Notes under the pieces: generated by a model
Told to the model about the DNA's origin: nothing
What the model saw: the letters and a program-made list of their open reading frames with translations, nothing else
Databases searched by the model: none
In this document: positions 29,738 through 44,507 of the stretch, piece by piece
Layout of the letters: every line of letters begins with the position of its first letter
Numbering within the stretch: the first letter of the stretch is position 1
Source: Escherichia coli
Lineage (GTDB): Bacteria > Pseudomonadota > Gammaproteobacteria > Enterobacterales > Enterobacteriaceae
Direction: 5' to 3' (one strand)
DNA: 64,000 nucleotides
NCBI RefSeq assembly: GCF_030013205.1
Contig: NZ_CP122648.1
Made by a program: the position numbers and the translations under genes

Positions 29738-29839
29738 TCACACTTTTTTGTCGTTAGCCAGCAAGAGCCGTTTACTGTTAATCTGTCAGGGAGTGTCCTC
29801 CCTAACAGTAGCAGAGATCTGCTTTTACATATTTATGCA

Positions 29840-30253
29840 TTAACTGCCACGATAGGTTGAATACCCATATTGGCTAAGTAATAAAGGCACATGATAATGC
29901 TCGTTCACTTTATTAATATGAAATTCAACGGGGATCTCAGGGAAGAAACTTTCAAGATTTTGTTTCTTGAAATAGTCCCCGGTTTTAAATACGACACGGT
30001 AATCGCCCGTAGTCGCAGTTTGCTCGGGCCACAGTGCCTTAATTCGTCCATCCTTATCTGTTTTGGCGGTATTAAGTTGTAACCAGCCGTTATCCGCTTT
30101 CTTTTCAAGAGTGACTGTCACGTCGGCAGCGGGTTTTCCTGTTTGCTGGTTCAAAATGTGCACGCTAAGAATGTTTTGTTGTGCAGCATAGACCAAAGAA
30201 GGTAATGAAAATGCAGCCGTTACTACGGAGAGTACTAAATAACGCTTTAACAT
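29840..30253 (-). CDS. hiuH: HiuH (YedX), 5-hydroxyisourate hydrolase, transthyretin-like
   Basis: 137-aa ORF with a signal peptide; C-terminal YRGS motif. Confidence 0.9.
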   Translation of the reverse strand: MLKRYLVLSVVTAAFSLPSLVYAAQQNILSVHILNQQTGKPAADVTVTLEKKADNGWLQLNTAKTDKDGRIKALWPEQTATTGDYRVVFKTGDYFKKQNLESFFPEIPVEFHINKVNEHYHVPLLLSQYGYSTYRGS

Positions 30254-30385
30254 GTTTATATCCTTGTCATGTGAATGAGTTTTGAGGATAGCGAAAAAAC
30301 GTCCAGGGTAACCTTACAGCAGCATTACAATTTTGTAATGAACCAGGCTGTTTCTATAACATATGATTTATGGCATATTATTTTC

Positions 30386-31057
30386 ATGAAGATTCTACTT
30401 ATTGAAGATAATCAAAGGACCCAGGAATGGGTAACGCAGGGGCTTTCCGAAGCGGGTTATGTCATTGATGCCGTTTCTGATGGCAGAGATGGGCTTTATC
30501 TTGCGCTTAAGGATGATTATGCATTGATCATTCTGGATATTATGCTTCCGGGTATGGATGGCTGGCAGATCTTACAAACGTTAAGAACGGCAAAGCAAAC
30601 TCCTGTTATTTGCCTTACTGCAAGAGATTCTGTCGATGACAGAGTCAGAGGGCTGGACAGTGGGGCAAATGATTATCTGGTAAAACCTTTTTCATTTTCT
30701 GAGTTGCTGGCAAGGGTTCGGGCACAATTAAGGCAACATCACGCTTTGAATTCAACATTAGAAATCAGTGGCTTAAGAATGGACTCTGTTAGTCAAAGTG
30801 TGAGCAGGGACAATATCAGTATTACACTGACGCGCAAGGAGTTTCAGTTACTTTGGCTACTGGCCTCCAGAGCTGGCGAGATTATCCCCAGAACGGTTAT
30901 TGCGAGTGAAATTTGGGGAATCAACTTTGATAGTGATACCAATACGGTGGACGTCGCCATTCGCAGGCTCCGCGCAAAAGTTGATGATCCTTTTCCTGAA
31001 AAGCTAATCGCCACAATCCGGGGGATGGGCTATTCATTCGTAGCGGTAAAAAAATAA
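30386..31057 (+). CDS. hprR: HprR (YedW) response regulator
   Basis: ORF 30275-31057; start taken at MKILLIEDN (223 aa), OmpR-family receiver plus winged helix. Confidence 0.85.
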   Translation: MKILLIEDNQRTQEWVTQGLSEAGYVIDAVSDGRDGLYLALKDDYALIILDIMLPGMDGWQILQTLRTAKQTPVICLTARDSVDDRVRGLDSGANDYLVKPFSFSELLARVRAQLRQHHALNSTLEISGLRMDSVSQSVSRDNISITLTRKEFQLLWLLASRAGEIIPRTVIASEIWGINFDSDTNTVDVAIRRLRAKVDDPFPEKLIATIRGMGYSFVAVKK

Positions 31058-32415
31058 TGAAAAGATTATCTATAACCGTCCGTTTAACCTTGCTTTTTAT
31101 ATTGGTGCTGTCTGTTGCTGGCGCTGGAATTGTCTGGACTCTCTATAATGGCCTGGCAAGTGAGTTGAAATGGCGCGATGATACAACACTCATTAACCGG
31201 ACAGCGCAGATCAAGCAGTTGTTAATTGATGGGGTAAATCCAGATACGTTACCTGTGTACTTTAACCGGATGATGGATGTTAGTCAGGATATCTTGATCA
31301 TTCATGGTGATAGCATCAACAAAATTGTTAACCGGACGAATGTCAGTGATGACATGTTAAATAACATACCTGCTACTGAGACAATCAGCGCAGCTGGCAT
31401 TTACAGAAGCATTATTAATGATACAGAGATAGATGCTTTACGAATTAATATTGATGAAGTTTCGCCATCATTAACGGTTACTGTGGCTAAATTGGCTTCA
31501 GCCAGACATAACATGCTTGAACAGTATAAAATTAATAGCATTATAATTTGCATTGTCGCCATTATACTTTGCTCAGTATTAAGTCCGCTGTTAATCAGAA
31601 CGGGGTTACGAGAGATCAAAAAGTTGAGTGGTGTAACGGAAGCGCTGAATTATAACGATAACCGGGAGCCTGTTGAGGTTAGCGCATTACCGAGAGAACT
31701 AAAACCTCTTGGGCAGGCGTTGAATAAAATGCACCAAGCCTTAGTCAAAGATTTTGAACGCCTAAGTCAATTTGCTGACGATCTCGCTCATGAACTTAGA
31801 ACGCCAATTAATGCATTACTGGGTCAGAATCAGGTTACGCTCAGTCAAACCAGAAGTATCGCTGAATATCAAAAAACAATTGCCGGAAACATTGAAGAGC
31901 TGGAAAATATTTCGCGGTTAACAGAGAACATACTGTTTCTTGCCAGGGCAGATAAAAATAATGTTTTGGTGAAACTGGACTCGCTTTCTCTCAATAAGGA
32001 AGTCGAAAATTTGTTGGACTATCTTGAATACCTTTCAGACGAGAAAGAGATTTGCTTTAAGGTCGAGTGCAATCAGCAAATCTTTGCGGATAAAATTTTA
32101 CTACAACGAATGTTATCGAATCTTATTGTTAACGCTATTCGATATTCGCCAGAAAAATCGCGCATTCTTATAACCAGTTTTCTTGATACCAACGGCTCTC
32201 TTAATATTGATATCGCCAGCCCTGGTACGAAAATTAATGAGCCTGAAAAACTCTTCCGTAGATTTTGGCGCGGAGATAATTCGCGTCATTCCGTAGGTCA
32301 GGGACTTGGTCTTTCTTTAGTCAAAGCGATTGCCGAATTGCATGGGGGAAGTGCTACGTATCACTATCTCAATAAGCTTAATGTGTTCCGGATTACGTTA
32401 CCGCAAAGAAATTAA
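31057..32415 (+). CDS. hprS: HprS (YedV) sensor histidine kinase
   Basis: 452-aa ORF overlapping the hprR stop; two transmembrane segments, HisKA and HATPase motifs. Confidence 0.9.
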   Translation: MKRLSITVRLTLLFILVLSVAGAGIVWTLYNGLASELKWRDDTTLINRTAQIKQLLIDGVNPDTLPVYFNRMMDVSQDILIIHGDSINKIVNRTNVSDDMLNNIPATETISAAGIYRSIINDTEIDALRINIDEVSPSLTVTVAKLASARHNMLEQYKINSIIICIVAIILCSVLSPLLIRTGLREIKKLSGVTEALNYNDNREPVEVSALPRELKPLGQALNKMHQALVKDFERLSQFADDLAHELRTPINALLGQNQVTLSQTRSIAEYQKTIAGNIEELENISRLTENILFLARADKNNVLVKLDSLSLNKEVENLLDYLEYLSDEKEICFKVECNQQIFADKILLQRMLSNLIVNAIRYSPEKSRILITSFLDTNGSLNIDIASPGTKINEPEKLFRRFWRGDNSRHSVGQGLGLSLVKAIAELHGGSATYHYLNKLNVFRITLPQRN

Positions 32416-32521
32416 CATAGGGCTTCAGTACGCCATAAATTAACCGTGAAAAACGCAGCCACGTCGTGAGTATTAACGTGGCTGCGATTGATTATGCGCT
32501 TACATTACAATGTAACAGGGA

Positions 32522-33373
32522 TTAACTCGAGTAAGCGGCCAGCATTTCCTGCGCCGCCAGTTTACCCAACGCATTCGCTGCGAAAGGACTGTCGCCGGTG
32601 AGAACTTTACGGTCCTTATGTACTCGCCCGGTGATGTCGTCATTAATAATGTTCATGCCCATTTTCTTCAGCTCTTCGCCGAAGTACCAGGTGAGATGAC
32701 CCGGCATATAGCCTATCTCTGGCGTTTGTTTGTCTGCGGCGTCTGGGAATGCGCAAATGGAATAACCATTCAGTGGGTTATCGCCGTGGCGAAGTGCCAG
32801 AAAAGCCGCCGGACCGTGGCAAAGGGATATAACAAAACGGTCATTTTTGATTGCCCACTGTAAAGCGGCAGCCACGTCCTGGCTTTCTGGTAAACCAATA
32901 AGTGCGCCATGACCACCAGGAACAAAGATTGCTGCATATTCGCTGTCAGCGTTGAGGCTGGCGACAACATCCGCGAGTTTATTAGGATTGCGGAACAACG
33001 ATTTATGCTGCTCAAAGAATGGCATTACTTTTTCATCTTTGTGTGGCATAGCCCAGTATTCAAACTTGGTCATCAGACCGGAAATGGTCGCCACTTCGAA
33101 TTCGAAACCTGCAGCATGGAGATGATACAACGGCAGCAACGTTTCAATCGGATGGTTACCGGTCGAAAACAGTTTGCCGTTATCGGTCGGCAAATAACGT
33201 TCGTCCGCGGCGATCACCAGAATTTTATGTTTACCACGATAAGGTTTTGGGTAGTCCACGCCATCAAGATCAGAGACAGGACTAGTATATTGGCTAAGCG
33301 AATATTCTGAAGGGAAGAATGCATTATCTTCAGCAATATCGACCTGCGGATTTTTACTTGTTTGAACAGTCAT
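32522..33373 (-). CDS. hchA: HchA (Hsp31), glyoxalase III / protein deglycase
   Basis: 283-aa ORF matching Hsp31 as I recall it. Confidence 0.9.
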   Translation of the reverse strand: MTVQTSKNPQVDIAEDNAFFPSEYSLSQYTSPVSDLDGVDYPKPYRGKHKILVIAADERYLPTDNGKLFSTGNHPIETLLPLYHLHAAGFEFEVATISGLMTKFEYWAMPHKDEKVMPFFEQHKSLFRNPNKLADVVASLNADSEYAAIFVPGGHGALIGLPESQDVAAALQWAIKNDRFVISLCHGPAAFLALRHGDNPLNGYSICAFPDAADKQTPEIGYMPGHLTWYFGEELKKMGMNIINDDITGRVHKDRKVLTGDSPFAANALGKLAAQEMLAAYSS

Positions 33374-33964
33374 AGTGTATTCCTTATTGTTGCTTAGTTA
33401 GGGTAGTCACTATATTTGCGACTGAGCTGGTCGCTATTTTTAACCAGGCTGGAAAATTGAGTCAATATATCGAAAGCGGTAGTCGGCGGGTGTAAGTATG
33501 TAATGATGATGCTGCACTGGTGTTGAATATTATTCACGCCAAATTTTCCTTATTGAGCAACGTCGTCGCAAGTGGCCTCAATGATTTTAGACCATTATCA
33601 GAGGTCCGGGGCGGCAGGGAGAGATTTAGTGCTGTGGAATATTGTGGTGCTGATGAATATTTATATCCCGGATTGGTAGAGAAAAAGCTTTTTCCATGCA
33701 CTTTTTTTGCAAATATTTCTGTATGGGAGGCGGTTTTGTTGCAGATTAATTCATAAAGAAATGCATTTGGGTGTTGGCTGGAAGAGTCGCGGGTAGATGT
33801 TATTGTGCCAGCAGGGGCAGGGTAAGGTACTGTATCGATATGCTTTGGCAATTGCATGTGCCGCAGAGGGAGATGAAATGCCAATAAAAAAGCCTGAGTT
33901 CGATGAGGGACGAACTCAGGCTAGTGTTAACTTTTACAGTAACACGCCGCGGCGCGTTGGCTGA

Positions 33965-35158
33965 TTAGAACTGGTAGACTAAGCCCACAGCAACGATATC
34001 ATCGGTAGCGATGCCGTTTGCTTTGTAGAAGTCGTCGTCGTTGTCCAGCAGGTTGATTTTGTAATCAACGTAGGTGGACATGTTTTTGTTGAAGTAGTAA
34101 GTCGCACCAATATCAACGTATTTAACCAGATCTTTATTGGTGTAACGTGGGTCGCCGTTGCCGTCATGAGCCCAACCACCTAAATCCTTACCTTTAGATT
34201 GCAGGTAAGCGATGGACGGGCGCAGGCCGAAGTCGAACTGATACTGAGCAACAACTTCAAAGTTTTGGGTTTTGTTCGCAATACCACCTCTGTCAATGTC
34301 GTTATTGTCTTTTCCGCTGCCATATGCAGTCATATTACGTGTTTCTGCATACATTGCCGCTAAATAGACATTATTCGCATCATATTTAGCACCGACTGTC
34401 CATGCTTCAGCTGTTTCACCACCAGCATATTTATTCGAGCGTTGCTCACCTAAACCAGTAGCACGTTGGTTATCAGTACGGTCAGAGTTTGAATATGCAG
34501 CCCCGAGGCTTAACCCGAAGTCAAAGTCATAGGAAGTGGACATACCGAAACCGTCACCATTTTCTTTAGACAGTTTACGATTATTACCATTACCAGAACC
34601 TTCTTGATCCCAAAGCCCACCCGATCCTTCATTATTACCCTGATATTGCAGAGCAAAGTTCAGGCCATCGACCTGACCAAAGAAGCCATTGTTACGGTAG
34701 GTTGCAACACCATTAGCACGACCGTTCAGGAAGTTGTCGGCACCAGCATAGGTATCGCCACCAAATTCTGGCAGCATATCGGTCCATGCTTCGATGTCAT
34801 ATACGACACCGTAGTTACGACCATAGTCGAAAGTACCATTCTGACCAAAGCCTAAACCTGCAAATGCCAGACGCGTTGCGGTATTACCTTTGTCGCTTTC
34901 AGGACCGTTTGCGCCAATGTTAAATTCCCACTGACCATAACCAGTGAATTGGTCAGCGATCTGAGTTTCACCTTTGAAACCGATACGGGCATATGACATG
35001 TCGCCATCGCTGCCAGCATCATCAGAGAAGTAGTGCAGGCCCGCTACTTTTCCGTACAAATCCAGTTTATTACCATCTTTATTATAGACTTCAGCCGCAT
35101 TTGCTGCGCCAGCAACTAATAACGCCGGGACCAGCATTGCCAGAACTTTTCTTTTCAT
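33965..35158 (-). CDS. yedS: OmpC-family porin YedS, apparently intact
   Basis: ORF 33965-35188; start at [38 protein letters not shown] (OmpC-like signal peptide and mature N-terminus), C-terminal ...VALGLVYQF. Confidence 0.8.
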   Translation of the reverse strand: MKRKVLAMLVPALLVAGAANAAEVYNKDGNKLDLYGKVAGLHYFSDDAGSDGDMSYARIGFKGETQIADQFTGYGQWEFNIGANGPESDKGNTATRLAFAGLGFGQNGTFDYGRNYGVVYDIEAWTDMLPEFGGDTYAGADNFLNGRANGVATYRNNGFFGQVDGLNFALQYQGNNEGSGGLWDQEGSGNGNNRKLSKENGDGFGMSTSYDFDFGLSLGAAYSNSDRTDNQRATGLGEQRSNKYAGGETAEAWTVGAKYDANNVYLAAMYAETRNMTAYGSGKDNNDIDRGGIANKTQNFEVVAQYQFDFGLRPSIAYLQSKGKDLGGWAHDGNGDPRYTNKDLVKYVDIGATYYFNKNMSTYVDYKINLLDNDDDFYKANGIATDDIVAVGLVYQF

Positions 35159-35842
35159 TATGTATTCCCTTGTGATTATAATCTTCATGAATATATCAAT
35201 AAGTGCCGTTATCCAAAAAAAAGCACATTTGGATACTATTCTATGAAGTTCATTTTATTTTAAAGATTACATGCAACAAATATATTTAAAAGATTTCAAA
35301 ATGTTTCTAATCTATTTAATATAATTCGGAATTATGAATTCTAAATATAAATATTCATGAAAATTATAAATGTATATCAATATGTTATGAGTTGAGCGGA
35401 AACATAGGGGGTATCAATGATTGTTGCGCCAAACGGCTGGTGTGATCACGCGCACATTAATGAAGGCATAAAAAAAGCCGGCATCATGCCGGCCCAAAAA
35501 AATAAACAAGACGATAAAAGGCTAATAACGGAAGCATCATGACACAGAATAATAAAAAGGTATAATTGTAATCAGTGCTAATATATTGATTGAATGAATT
35601 AATAAAGCCGATATCAAAGATAAATAAAATCGCTCAAAACGATTTTTCCTGTATTCACTGCCGTTGCGCAAAAATTATCTATTTGTTCAAAAAATGATTG
35701 AGTCTTGACTGGCTCATCCAATGTGGAAAAATGTGACTTTTATCACATAATAGTACTAAGTCTGAATTTTCCGGGTTATCTCAAAATGGAATACGGTTCG
35801 ACAAAGATGGAAGAGAGACTCTCTCGCAGCCCTGGCGGCTAA

Positions 35843-36088
35843 TTGGCTTTGTGGGCTTTCTATACATGGTGTGGCTATTTCGTCTGGGCAATGGCGCGTT
35901 ACATCTGGGTGATGAGCCGGATCCCTGATGCCCCGGTGTCGGGATTTGAAAGCGATTTAGGCTCTACCGCGGGAAAGTGGTTAGGGGCACTGGTCGGATT
36001 TTTATTTATGGCTCTGGTCGGGGCATTGTTAGGCAGCATTGCCTGGTACACCCGACCTCGTCCCGCACGTAGCAGACGCTATGAATAA
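35843..36088 (+). CDS. yedR: small inner-membrane protein (YedR-like)
   Basis: 81-aa ORF with two hydrophobic segments, in the K-12 yedR position. Confidence 0.5.
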   Translation: MALWAFYTWCGYFVWAMARYIWVMSRIPDAPVSGFESDLGSTAGKWLGALVGFLFMALVGALLGSIAWYTRPRPARSRRYE

Positions 36089-36100
36089 AAACTGCTAAGG

Positions 36101-36715
36101 TTGCGACTCTTTGGCAACGGAGCGCGTATGGACTTACAACACTGGCAGGCACAGTTCGAAAACTGGTTGAAAAACCATCATCAGCACCAGGACGCGGCCC
36201 ATGACGTGTGTCATTTTCGCCGCGTCTGGGCTACGGCACAGAAGCTGGCGGCAGAAGAGACGCGTCGCCTGCTGCGTGAAGAATTCGTGCAATTTCCGGC
36301 GGAGAAAATCGAGGCCGTTTGTCATGCCATTGCCGCTCACAGTTTCAGCGCGCAAATCGCCCCCTTAACAACGGAAGCTAAAATCGTCCAGGATGCGGAT
36401 CGGCTGGAAGCCCTGGGGGCGATTGGCCTGGCGCGCGTGTTTGCTGTTTCAGGGGCATTGGGCGTGGCGCTGTTTGATGGTGAAGATCCGTTCGCACAGC
36501 ATCGCCCGCTGGATGATAAACGCTACGCGCTGGATCATTTCCAGACTAAGTTGCTGAAGCTACCGCAAACCATGCAAACCGCAAGAGGCAAGCAGCTGGC
36601 GCAGCACAACGCGCAATTTTTAGTCGAGTTTATGGCGAAGCTCAGTGCCGAACTGGCGGGGGAGAATGAAGGTGTCGATCACAAGGTGATAGATGCGTTT
36701 TCACCCGCGGGCTGA
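36101..36715 (+). CDS. yedJ: YedJ, HD-domain phosphohydrolase
   Basis: 204-aa ORF; position and sequence consistent with yedJ upstream of dcm. Confidence 0.7.
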   Translation: MRLFGNGARMDLQHWQAQFENWLKNHHQHQDAAHDVCHFRRVWATAQKLAAEETRRLLREEFVQFPAEKIEAVCHAIAAHSFSAQIAPLTTEAKIVQDADRLEALGAIGLARVFAVSGALGVALFDGEDPFAQHRPLDDKRYALDHFQTKLLKLPQTMQTARGKQLAQHNAQFLVEFMAKLSAELAGENEGVDHKVIDAFSPAG

Positions 36716-36781
36716 GCGCGTGGCCCTAAATGGCTGTAATTATGTTAACCTGTCGGCCATCTCAGATGGCCGGTTAAATCT

Positions 36782-38200
36782 ATGCAGGAAAATATATCAG
36801 TAACCGATTCATACAGCACCGGGAATGCCGCACAGGCAATGCTGGAGAAACTGCTGCAAATTTATGATGTTAAAACGCTGGTGGCGCAGCTTAATGGTGT
36901 GGGTGAGAATCACTGGAGCGCGGCAATTTTAAAACGTGCGCTGGCGAATGACTCGGCATGGCACCGTTTAAGTGAGAAAGAGTTCGCCCATCTGCAAACG
37001 TTGTTACCCAAACCACCGGCACATCATCCGCATTATGCGTTTCGCTTTATCGATCTATTTGCCGGTATTGGCGGCATCCGTCGCGGTTTTGAATCGATTG
37101 GCGGACAGTGCGTGTTTACCAGCGAATGGAACAAACATGCGGTACGCACTTATAAAGCCAACCATTATTGCGACCCGGCGACGCATCATTTTAATGAAGA
37201 TATTCGCGACATCACCCTCAGCCATAAAGAAGGCGTGAGTGATGAGACGGCGGCGGAACATATTCGTCAACACATTCCTGAACACGATGTATTACTGGCC
37301 GGTTTCCCATGTCAGCCATTTTCGCTGGCTGGCGTATCGAAAAAGAACTCGCTCGGGCGGGCGCACGGTTTTGCCTGTGATACCCAGGGCACGCTGTTCT
37401 TTGATGTGGTGCGTATTATCGACGCGCGTCGACCGGCGATTTTTGTGCTCGAAAACGTCAAAAACCTGAAAAGCCACGACCAGGGTAAAACGTTCCGCAT
37501 CATCATGCAGACGCTGGACGAACTGGGCTATGACGTGGCCGACGCAGACGATAACGGGCCGGACGATCCGAAAATCATCGATGGCAAACATTTCCTGCCG
37601 CAGCACCGTGAACGCATCGTGCTGGTGGGTTTTCGTCGCGATCTGAATCTGAAAGCCGATTTTACCCTGCGTGATATCAGCGAATGTTTCCCTGCGCAGC
37701 GAGTGACGCTGGCGCAGCTGCTGGACCCGATGGTCGAGGCGAAATATATCCTGACGCCGGTGCTGTGGAAGTACCTCTATCGTTATGCGAAAAAACATCA
37801 GGCACGCGGTAACGGCTTCGGTTATGGAATGGTTTATCCGAACAATCCGCAAAGCGTCACGCGTACGCTGTCTGCTCGTTATTACAAAGATGGCGCGGAA
37901 ATTTTAATCGATCGCGGTTGGGATATGGCCACGGGTGAGAAAGACTTTGACGATCCGCTGAATCAGCAACATCGTCCACGTCGGTTAACGCCTCGTGAAT
38001 GTGCGCGCTTAATGGGTTTTGAAGCGCCGGGAGAAGCGAAATTCCGCATTCCGGTTTCGGACACTCAGGCCTATCGCCAGTTCGGTAACTCGGTGGTCGT
38101 ACCGGTCTTTGCCGCGGTGGCAAAACTGCTTGAGCCAAAAATCAAACAGGCGGTGGCGTTGCGTCAGCAAGAGGCACAACATGGCCGACGTTCACGATAA
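36782..38200 (+). CDS. dcm: DNA-cytosine methyltransferase Dcm
   Basis: 472-aa ORF; m5C-MTase motifs FAGIGG and PCQPFS. Confidence 0.95.
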   Translation: MQENISVTDSYSTGNAAQAMLEKLLQIYDVKTLVAQLNGVGENHWSAAILKRALANDSAWHRLSEKEFAHLQTLLPKPPAHHPHYAFRFIDLFAGIGGIRRGFESIGGQCVFTSEWNKHAVRTYKANHYCDPATHHFNEDIRDITLSHKEGVSDETAAEHIRQHIPEHDVLLAGFPCQPFSLAGVSKKNSLGRAHGFACDTQGTLFFDVVRIIDARRPAIFVLENVKNLKSHDQGKTFRIIMQTLDELGYDVADADDNGPDDPKIIDGKHFLPQHRERIVLVGFRRDLNLKADFTLRDISECFPAQRVTLAQLLDPMVEAKYILTPVLWKYLYRYAKKHQARGNGFGYGMVYPNNPQSVTRTLSARYYKDGAEILIDRGWDMATGEKDFDDPLNQQHRPRRLTPRECARLMGFEAPGEAKFRIPVSDTQAYRQFGNSVVVPVFAAVAKLLEPKIKQAVALRQQEAQHGRRSR

Positions 38201-38651
38201 GGCCACACGAAGCAAAAATATGCGCGCAATTGCCACGCGTGATACGGCGATTGAGAAGCGTCTCGCCAGTTTGTTAACCGGGCAGGGCCTGGCGTTTCGC
38301 GTTCAGGACGCGGATCTCCCCGGACGCCCGGATTTTGTCGTTGATGAATATCGCTGCGTGATATTTACCCACGGCTGCTTCTGGCATCATCATCACTGCT
38401 ATCTGTTTAAAGTGCCTGCGACTCGAACCGAGTTCTGGCTGGAGAAGATAGGTAAAAATGTTGAGCGGGATCGCCGTGATATCAGTCGCTTGCAGGAGCT
38501 TGGCTGGCGCGTACTGATTGTCTGGGAGTGTGCGTTACGTGGGCGCGAGAAGCTGACGGATGAAGCGCTTAGCGAGCGTCTGGAAGAGTGGATCTGCGGC
38601 GAAGGTGCCAGCGCGCAGATCGACACGCAGGGGATTCATTTACTCGCTTGA
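38181..38651 (+). CDS. vsr: very-short-patch repair endonuclease Vsr
   Basis: ORF 38019-38651; start at [11 protein letters not shown] (156 aa), overlapping the dcm 3' end as in K-12. Confidence 0.9.
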   Translation: MADVHDKATRSKNMRAIATRDTAIEKRLASLLTGQGLAFRVQDADLPGRPDFVVDEYRCVIFTHGCFWHHHHCYLFKVPATRTEFWLEKIGKNVERDRRDISRLQELGWRVLIVWECALRGREKLTDEALSERLEEWICGEGASAQIDTQGIHLLA

Positions 38652-39560
38652 TGCGTCCTGAATAACTGGCGCAACTACGGGTTTTGCCGGGAAGAGATAT
38701 TTTCCCAACGTGACCAGTACCACCGCGAAGACAATCACGCCGAGCGCCAGCCATTCAATCTTCGACAGCGTTTCGCCGCCCAGTCCCGTACCCAGCAAGA
38801 CCGCGACCACCGGGTTAACGTAGGCGTAGCTGGTGGCGAGAGCCGGACTGACGTTGCGGATTAAATACATATAAGCGTTAATGGCGATAATCGAACCAAA
38901 CAGCGCCAGATAGCCGACCGCAAGGAAGCCTGAAAGGGAAGGGAGCGCCGTCAGTTTTTCACCCGCAATCATCGACGCGATCATTAACACCACGCCTGCC
39001 GCCAGCATCTCAATTGCACCCGCCATCATCCCTACAGGTAAGGTAATGCGCGAGCCATAAACCGAGCCAAACGCCCAGCTAATCGAGCCGATTAAAATCA
39101 GAATCGCGCCCCACGGATTGCCGCTTAAATTTCCACCGCTATTGAGCATGATGATTCCGGCAAGCCCAATGGCGATACCCACCCATTCCAGTTTGCGCGT
39201 TTTAATGCCAAACAGGCGGCTGAAGCACAGGGTAAAGAGGGGCACGGTTGCAACCACTACGGCGGCGATGCCGGAAGGAACATTTTGATGTTCGGCAACC
39301 GTTACCATGCCATTACCGACAGCCAGCAATAACAGGCCAATCAGCGCGGCATTGAGCAGCGGACGTAGCGGGGGGAGTTTGTGTCCGCGCAGTAGCAAAA
39401 ATGCCAGCAATAAAATACCGGCTGCCAGGAATCGAACGCCCGCCATCATTAACGGCGGCCAGCTTTCCACGCCAATCCGAATGACAAAATAGGTTGAGCC
39501 CCAAATGATATACAACGCAAACAACGCGCCAAAAAGCGGTAACAACTGGCGGAAACGCAT
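38640..39560 (-). CDS. yedA: YedA, EamA/DMT-family transporter
   Basis: 306-aa polytopic membrane ORF. Confidence 0.85.
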   Translation of the reverse strand: MRFRQLLPLFGALFALYIIWGSTYFVIRIGVESWPPLMMAGVRFLAAGILLLAFLLLRGHKLPPLRPLLNAALIGLLLLAVGNGMVTVAEHQNVPSGIAAVVVATVPLFTLCFSRLFGIKTRKLEWVGIAIGLAGIIMLNSGGNLSGNPWGAILILIGSISWAFGSVYGSRITLPVGMMAGAIEMLAAGVVLMIASMIAGEKLTALPSLSGFLAVGYLALFGSIIAINAYMYLIRNVSPALATSYAYVNPVVAVLLGTGLGGETLSKIEWLALGVIVFAVVLVTLGKYLFPAKPVVAPVIQDASSE

Positions 39561-39732
39561 AATCCCTCACGGTGGAAATAAAAAGGTGGTTCATAGTAAA
39601 CGTGAAAATCATTCTGCTGGCGAGAGATATAATTGCACTTGATTGTTAAAAAAATGTTGACCTGTGAAGCAAGTATCAGAGCTACCGTTTTTGCTTCATA
39701 CTTACACCCTTCAACAATAAAAATGAGAGGGA

Positions 39733-40650
39733 ATGCTTTTGGCCGGGAGTAGTTTACTGACGTTGCTCGATGATATCGCCACACTGCTGGACGATATCTC
39801 CGTGATGGGCAAACTGGCGGCGAAGAAAACCGCCGGTGTATTAGGGGATGACTTATCGCTCAATGCGCAACAAGTTTCAGGCGTGCGGGCCAACCGGGAA
39901 CTTCCCGTGGTCTGGGGCGTGGCGAAAGGATCGCTGATCAATAAAGTGATTCTGGTGCCGCTGGCGCTGATCATCAGTGCGTTTATCCCGTGGGCGATTA
40001 CGCCACTGTTGATGATTGGCGGCGCGTTTCTCTGCTTTGAAGGGGTAGAGAAAGTGCTGCATATGCTGGAGGCGCGTAAACATAAAGAAGATCCGGCGCA
40101 GAGTCAGCAGCGTCTGGAGAAGCTGGCGGCGCAGGATCCGCTGAAGTTTGAAAAGGACAAAATAAAAGGGGCGATTCGTACCGATTTTATATTGTCTGCG
40201 GAAATCGTCGCCATCACGCTGGGGATTGTGGCAGAAGCGCCGTTGCTTAATCAGGTGCTGGTGCTTTCAGGCATCGCGCTGGTAGTGACCGTGGGCGTCT
40301 ACGGTCTGGTAGGGGTTATCGTTAAGATTGATGACCTGGGGTATTGGCTGGCGGAAAAATCCAGCGCGCTGATGCAGGCATTAGGTAAAGGGTTATTGAT
40401 CATTGCGCCCTGGTTGATGAAGGCGTTATCGATTGTCGGCACGCTGGCGATGTTCCTCGTCGGCGGCGGGATTGTGGTACATGGTATTGCGCCGCTGCAT
40501 CACGCCATTGAACATTTCGCCGGGCAGCAAAGTGCAGTGGTGGCGATGATATTACCGACTGTTTTAAATCTGATTCTTGGTTTTATCATCGGTGGCATCG
40601 TGGTGCTGGGAGTGAAAGCAGTAGCGAAAATGCGCGGTCAGGCACATTAA
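39733..40650 (+). CDS. yedI: YedI, DUF808 inner-membrane protein
   Basis: 305-aa ORF. Confidence 0.85.
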   Translation: MLLAGSSLLTLLDDIATLLDDISVMGKLAAKKTAGVLGDDLSLNAQQVSGVRANRELPVVWGVAKGSLINKVILVPLALIISAFIPWAITPLLMIGGAFLCFEGVEKVLHMLEARKHKEDPAQSQQRLEKLAAQDPLKFEKDKIKGAIRTDFILSAEIVAITLGIVAEAPLLNQVLVLSGIALVVTVGVYGLVGVIVKIDDLGYWLAEKSSALMQALGKGLLIIAPWLMKALSIVGTLAMFLVGGGIVVHGIAPLHHAIEHFAGQQSAVVAMILPTVLNLILGFIIGGIVVLGVKAVAKMRGQAH

Positions 40651-40728
40651 TACTCGCACAGGCTATTATGCAAAATTTGCCATCTTAAACTAAGGTGAAC
40701 AAGTTTCACTCGAAAAAAGGAGGCGAGT

Positions 40729-40911
40729 ATGAGCTTTATGGTTAGTGAGGAAGTTACGGTTAAAGAGGGCGGCCCGCGGATGATTGTCACCGGATACTCC
40801 AGCGGTATGGTTGAGTGTCGTTGGTATGACGGTTACGGGGTCAAGCGGGAAGCTTTTCATGAAACCGAGCTTGTTCCGGGGGAGGGGAGTCGTTCTGCGG
40901 AAGAAGTTTGA
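40729..40911 (+). CDS. yodC: YodC, small uncharacterised protein
   Basis: 60-aa ORF with a GGAGG SD. Confidence 0.7.
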   Translation: MSFMVSEEVTVKEGGPRMIVTGYSSGMVECRWYDGYGVKREAFHETELVPGEGSRSAEEV

Positions 40912-40926
40912 AAGGGTATCATTAAC

Positions 40927-40954
40927 ACCAGGCCGGATCACATCCGGCCTGGTG
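40927..40954. repeat. 13-bp perfect inverted repeat after yodC
   Basis: caccaggccggat / atccggcctggtg with a 2-nt loop; no T-run. Confidence 0.4.
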
Positions 40955-41066
40955 TGCCAATGCCTGCAATGAATGATAGTCGCGTCTTATCATGCCACCA
41001 TTATAAAATTATCGCTGTTTTGCGGTACGTTATCGCCGGGTTATGCCAGAATCATAAAAAAGCAGG

Positions 41067-43606
<2,540 letters not shown>

Positions 43607-43787
43607 TTACCAGGATGATTCTCAAAACAGCACAAATTATCAAAGATGATTTTTTCGGGAGCGATCCCGTTGACGCCAGAGCCACCAAGGGGTGACGCGC
43701 GTCACATTTCTATTCATAAGTAGCGTTAATCATTCATATCACGAATATTTTCTTGTCAGCGAAAAAAATTGCGGATAAGGTGATGAG

Positions 43788-43875
43788 CACATCAGATTTC
43801 CTGGTGTAACGAATTTTTTAAGTGCTTCTTGCTTAAGCAAGTTTCATCCCGACCCCCTCAGAGTCGGGATTTTTT
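43788..43875 (+). ncRNA. dsrA: DsrA small regulatory RNA
   Basis: ...acatcagatttcctggtgtaacgaattttttaagtgcttcttgcttaagcaagtttcatcccgaccccctcagagtcgggattttttt, matching DsrA including its terminator. Confidence 0.85.
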
Positions 43876-43885
43876 TATTTTGCAT

Positions 43886-44113
43886 TCAACGATTCACTTC
43901 AGAGACGCTGAAGTCATGAATATCCAGTTCGAAGGCATCCGCCAATTCACGCCAAGTATGATATTCACGTCCATCGACGCTAACGTGTTCAGAATCGTTC
44001 TGGCTGCGATGAACTTCGCTTTCGCTAATTTCATTGATCGCCGCCAGCAGGGCATCGACATCGACGCTGACCTCACGTTTTGCGGTATCGCTGTACTCTT
44101 TTGCGGTTTTCAT
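43886..44113 (-). CDS. yodD: YodD, stress-induced small protein
   Basis: ORF 43886-44128; start at MKTAKEYSDTAKREV (75 aa). Confidence 0.8.
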   Translation of the reverse strand: MKTAKEYSDTAKREVSVDVDALLAAINEISESEVHRSQNDSEHVSVDGREYHTWRELADAFELDIHDFSVSEVNR

Positions 44114-44185
44114 CATCTTTCCTCGCAACCGTTGCTCTGTTGTTGCCGCCAGTCGTTAAGTCCGCCTGGCATCTCTTAAGTATAG

Positions 44186-44464
<279 letters not shown>

Positions 44465-44507
44465 TCTAATTCAGCCTGACTGGTGGGAAACCACCAGTCA
44501 GAATGTG

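Noticed and set aside
35417-35542. 41-codon plus-strand ORF with a GGGGG SD between yedS and yedR, reading through the palindrome gccggcatcatgccggc
   Set aside because: The palindrome with flanking A/T runs looks like a bidirectional terminator, and a coding frame running through it is unlikely to be functional; no other support.
36101-36715. Possible internal deletion in yedJ (ORF shorter than I recall for K-12)
   Set aside because: My recollection of the K-12 length and sequence is not reliable enough to call this, and the ORF is uninterrupted.
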